Shown here: positions 62,950 to 64,000 of the stretch, in pieces
Layout of the letters: each line of letters starts with the position of its first letter
Numbering within the stretch: the first letter of the stretch is position 1
Origin: Patescibacteria group bacterium
GTDB lineage: Archaea; Nanobdellota; Nanobdellia; Pacearchaeales; GW2011-AR1
Assembly (NCBI GenBank): GCA_019428815.1
Contig: JAHYJW010000001.1
Location: 116,363-180,362, forward strand
DNA length: 64,000 bases
Direction of reading: 5' to 3'
Notes under the pieces: model-generated
Databases searched by the model: none
The model's input: only the letters and a program-made list of their open reading frames with translations
Told to the model about the DNA's origin: nothing
Translations under genes and position numbers: made by a program

Positions 62950-63705
62950 ATGGTAAAAGATGAAATTAAAATTGATAAAATTTATAAGTCTGAAACATTT
63001 GATGGATCACAAGAATTTCTTTTCCATGAAAACTCCACCAAGAGACCCTCTTGGGTAAAAGCAAATTTAGATAAAAAAGTCATATTCTTAAAAATAATAT
63101 TCAAAGGGGAAGCCTTTTGGTATAGAAGATATTTCCAAGACTATTTTTTCATATTTGATGCAGTCTCGCAAGATTACAAAAATTATTACAATGAAATTGC
63201 GCAAAATTATGAAAGTTATATACCTCAAAATAAAGTAATGAGAAAAATAATACTGGATTTTTTAGAGGAACTTAAAGTCAATAAAAATTCAAAGATTTTA
63301 GATATTGGAGCAGGCACAGGCATTGTTACTGAAGGAATAGCCCAAGCAGGATATAATGACTTAACACTTCTAGATATTTCAGATAAAGAATTAGAAATCG
63401 CAAAAAACAAACCTATTTTATCAAATGCAAAGTTTCAAACTGTAGATTTAGTTAATGAAGAAATTCTGGGGAAATTCAATGTTGTTTTTGAAACAATGTC
63501 ACTTGATTATTTTAAGGGAGAAAAACTAAAACTAATATTAAGCAAAATTAAAAATTCTTTAGTTAAAAGAGGCAACATTATTATTATAGATCGACACATC
63601 TATCCAGAATTTAATGATTATTTTAAGGAAATTAAAAAAGGTAAGACTGAGCTAGACACTCCTGAAGGGAAATTTGATTATTATTATTTTATTGGCAAGA
63701 ACTAA
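62950..63705 (+). CDS. Class I SAM-dependent methyltransferase
   Basis: Motif I ILDIGAGTGIVTE, LLDIS. Confidence 0.8.
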   Translation: MVKDEIKIDKIYKSETFDGSQEFLFHENSTKRPSWVKANLDKKVIFLKIIFKGEAFWYRRYFQDYFFIFDAVSQDYKNYYNEIAQNYESYIPQNKVMRKIILDFLEELKVNKNSKILDIGAGTGIVTEGIAQAGYNDLTLLDISDKELEIAKNKPILSNAKFQTVDLVNEEILGKFNVVFETMSLDYFKGEKLKLILSKIKNSLVKRGNIIIIDRHIYPEFNDYFKEIKKGKTELDTPEGKFDYYYFIGKN

Positions 63706-64000
63706 CTACTCAATTTTTCTTCCACAAGAATTCCTTTTTCTAGTAAATAGATTACCTCTTGTCTAATATCTTGGCTCGTTATTTTATCAAAAGAAATTTT
63801 TCCTAATGACTGCAAAGCCTGTAATAACTCGAGACTGATTGGATAATACTTATATTCATAATCGCTATATATTCCAAATTTTGTTAAACATGCCCAAGGG
63901 GCGATAATTAAGGTTTTTACTTGAGAATCTTCCTCTAATTTTATTGCTAATGGCGAGCTTATTTTAGAATTAACAATAACCTTCTCATACCCTTCAAGCA
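63702..64000 (-). CDS. Hypothetical protein, C-terminal part only (gene starts beyond the window)
   Basis: Manual minus-strand translation is open from the window edge: ...LEGYEKVIVNSKISSPLAIKLEEDSQVKTLIIAPWACLTKFGIYSDYEYKYYPISLELLQALQSLGKISFDKITSQDIRQEVIYLLEKGILVEEKLSS-stop. The stop overlaps the convergent methyltransferase stop by 4 nt. Confidence 0.45.
   Translation of the reverse strand, partial: LEGYEKVIVNSKISSPLAIKLEEDSQVKTLIIAPWACLTKFGIYSDYEYKYYPISLELLQALQSLGKISFDKITSQDIRQEVIYLLEKGILVEEKLSS

Noticed and set aside
1-64000. Search for rRNA, tRNA, RNase P RNA, SRP RNA and CRISPR arrays
   Set aside because: I saw no extended GC-rich structured segments. All non-coding gaps are short and AT-rich, except for the repeat elements reported above. 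tRNAscan-SE or Infernal should still be run, because eye-scanning can miss a tRNA.

Overview
This is an AT-rich (roughly 30% GC by eye), gene-dense 64-kb window. Its informational genes are clearly archaeal: archaeal-type PheRS alpha and beta, ThrRS with the archaeal N-terminal editing domain, archaeal/eukaryote-type GlyRS and TrpRS, an Rpp30-like RNase P subunit, Elp3, archaeal-type SAM synthetase, archaeal UMP kinase, and a class III (pilin-type) signal peptide. Small proteins, many low-complexity or membrane-anchored surface proteins and sparse metabolism fit a DPANN-like reduced archaeon, but taxonomy cannot be proven from this window alone. I found no rRNA, tRNA or CRISPR array. Positions 1-31 kb and 36-51 kb are mostly housekeeping: aaRS genes, ppsA, ion channels and transporters, trxA/trxB, desulfoferrodoxin, corA. 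Three accessory patches stand out. (1) 51.4-62.9 kb is a variable island. It holds four class-II Fic genes, a RelE-like toxin pair, a decayed radical-SAM/SPASM remnant, a GC-rich repeat in three copies, and the best candidate for a new system. That candidate is a tightly coupled operon at 57.5-61.3 kb: a 65-aa Cys/Trp-rich precursor-like peptide, two radical-SAM/SPASM maturases, an HExxH peptidase-like protein and a 136-aa unknown. This is a RiPP-like or peptide-cofactor-like cluster. (2) 20.3-23.1 kb is an aspartate-racemase plus double ATP-grasp ligase operon. (3) 31.2-36.3 kb looks like a mobile-element or viral remnant: Pif1-like helicase, MazG, membrane-inserted PLD nuclease, HExxH protein, integrase fragment, and a thymidylate kinase with an insertion. 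Other oddities are a protein made of 20 decapeptide repeats (30-bp DNA period with a 150-bp higher-order repeat), a pilin-headed GLUG-repeat surface protein next to a secretion-ATPase N-domain with no ATPase core, and a membrane protein with a degenerate cyclase-like domain. All functional calls come from motif recognition by eye. No database searches were run.
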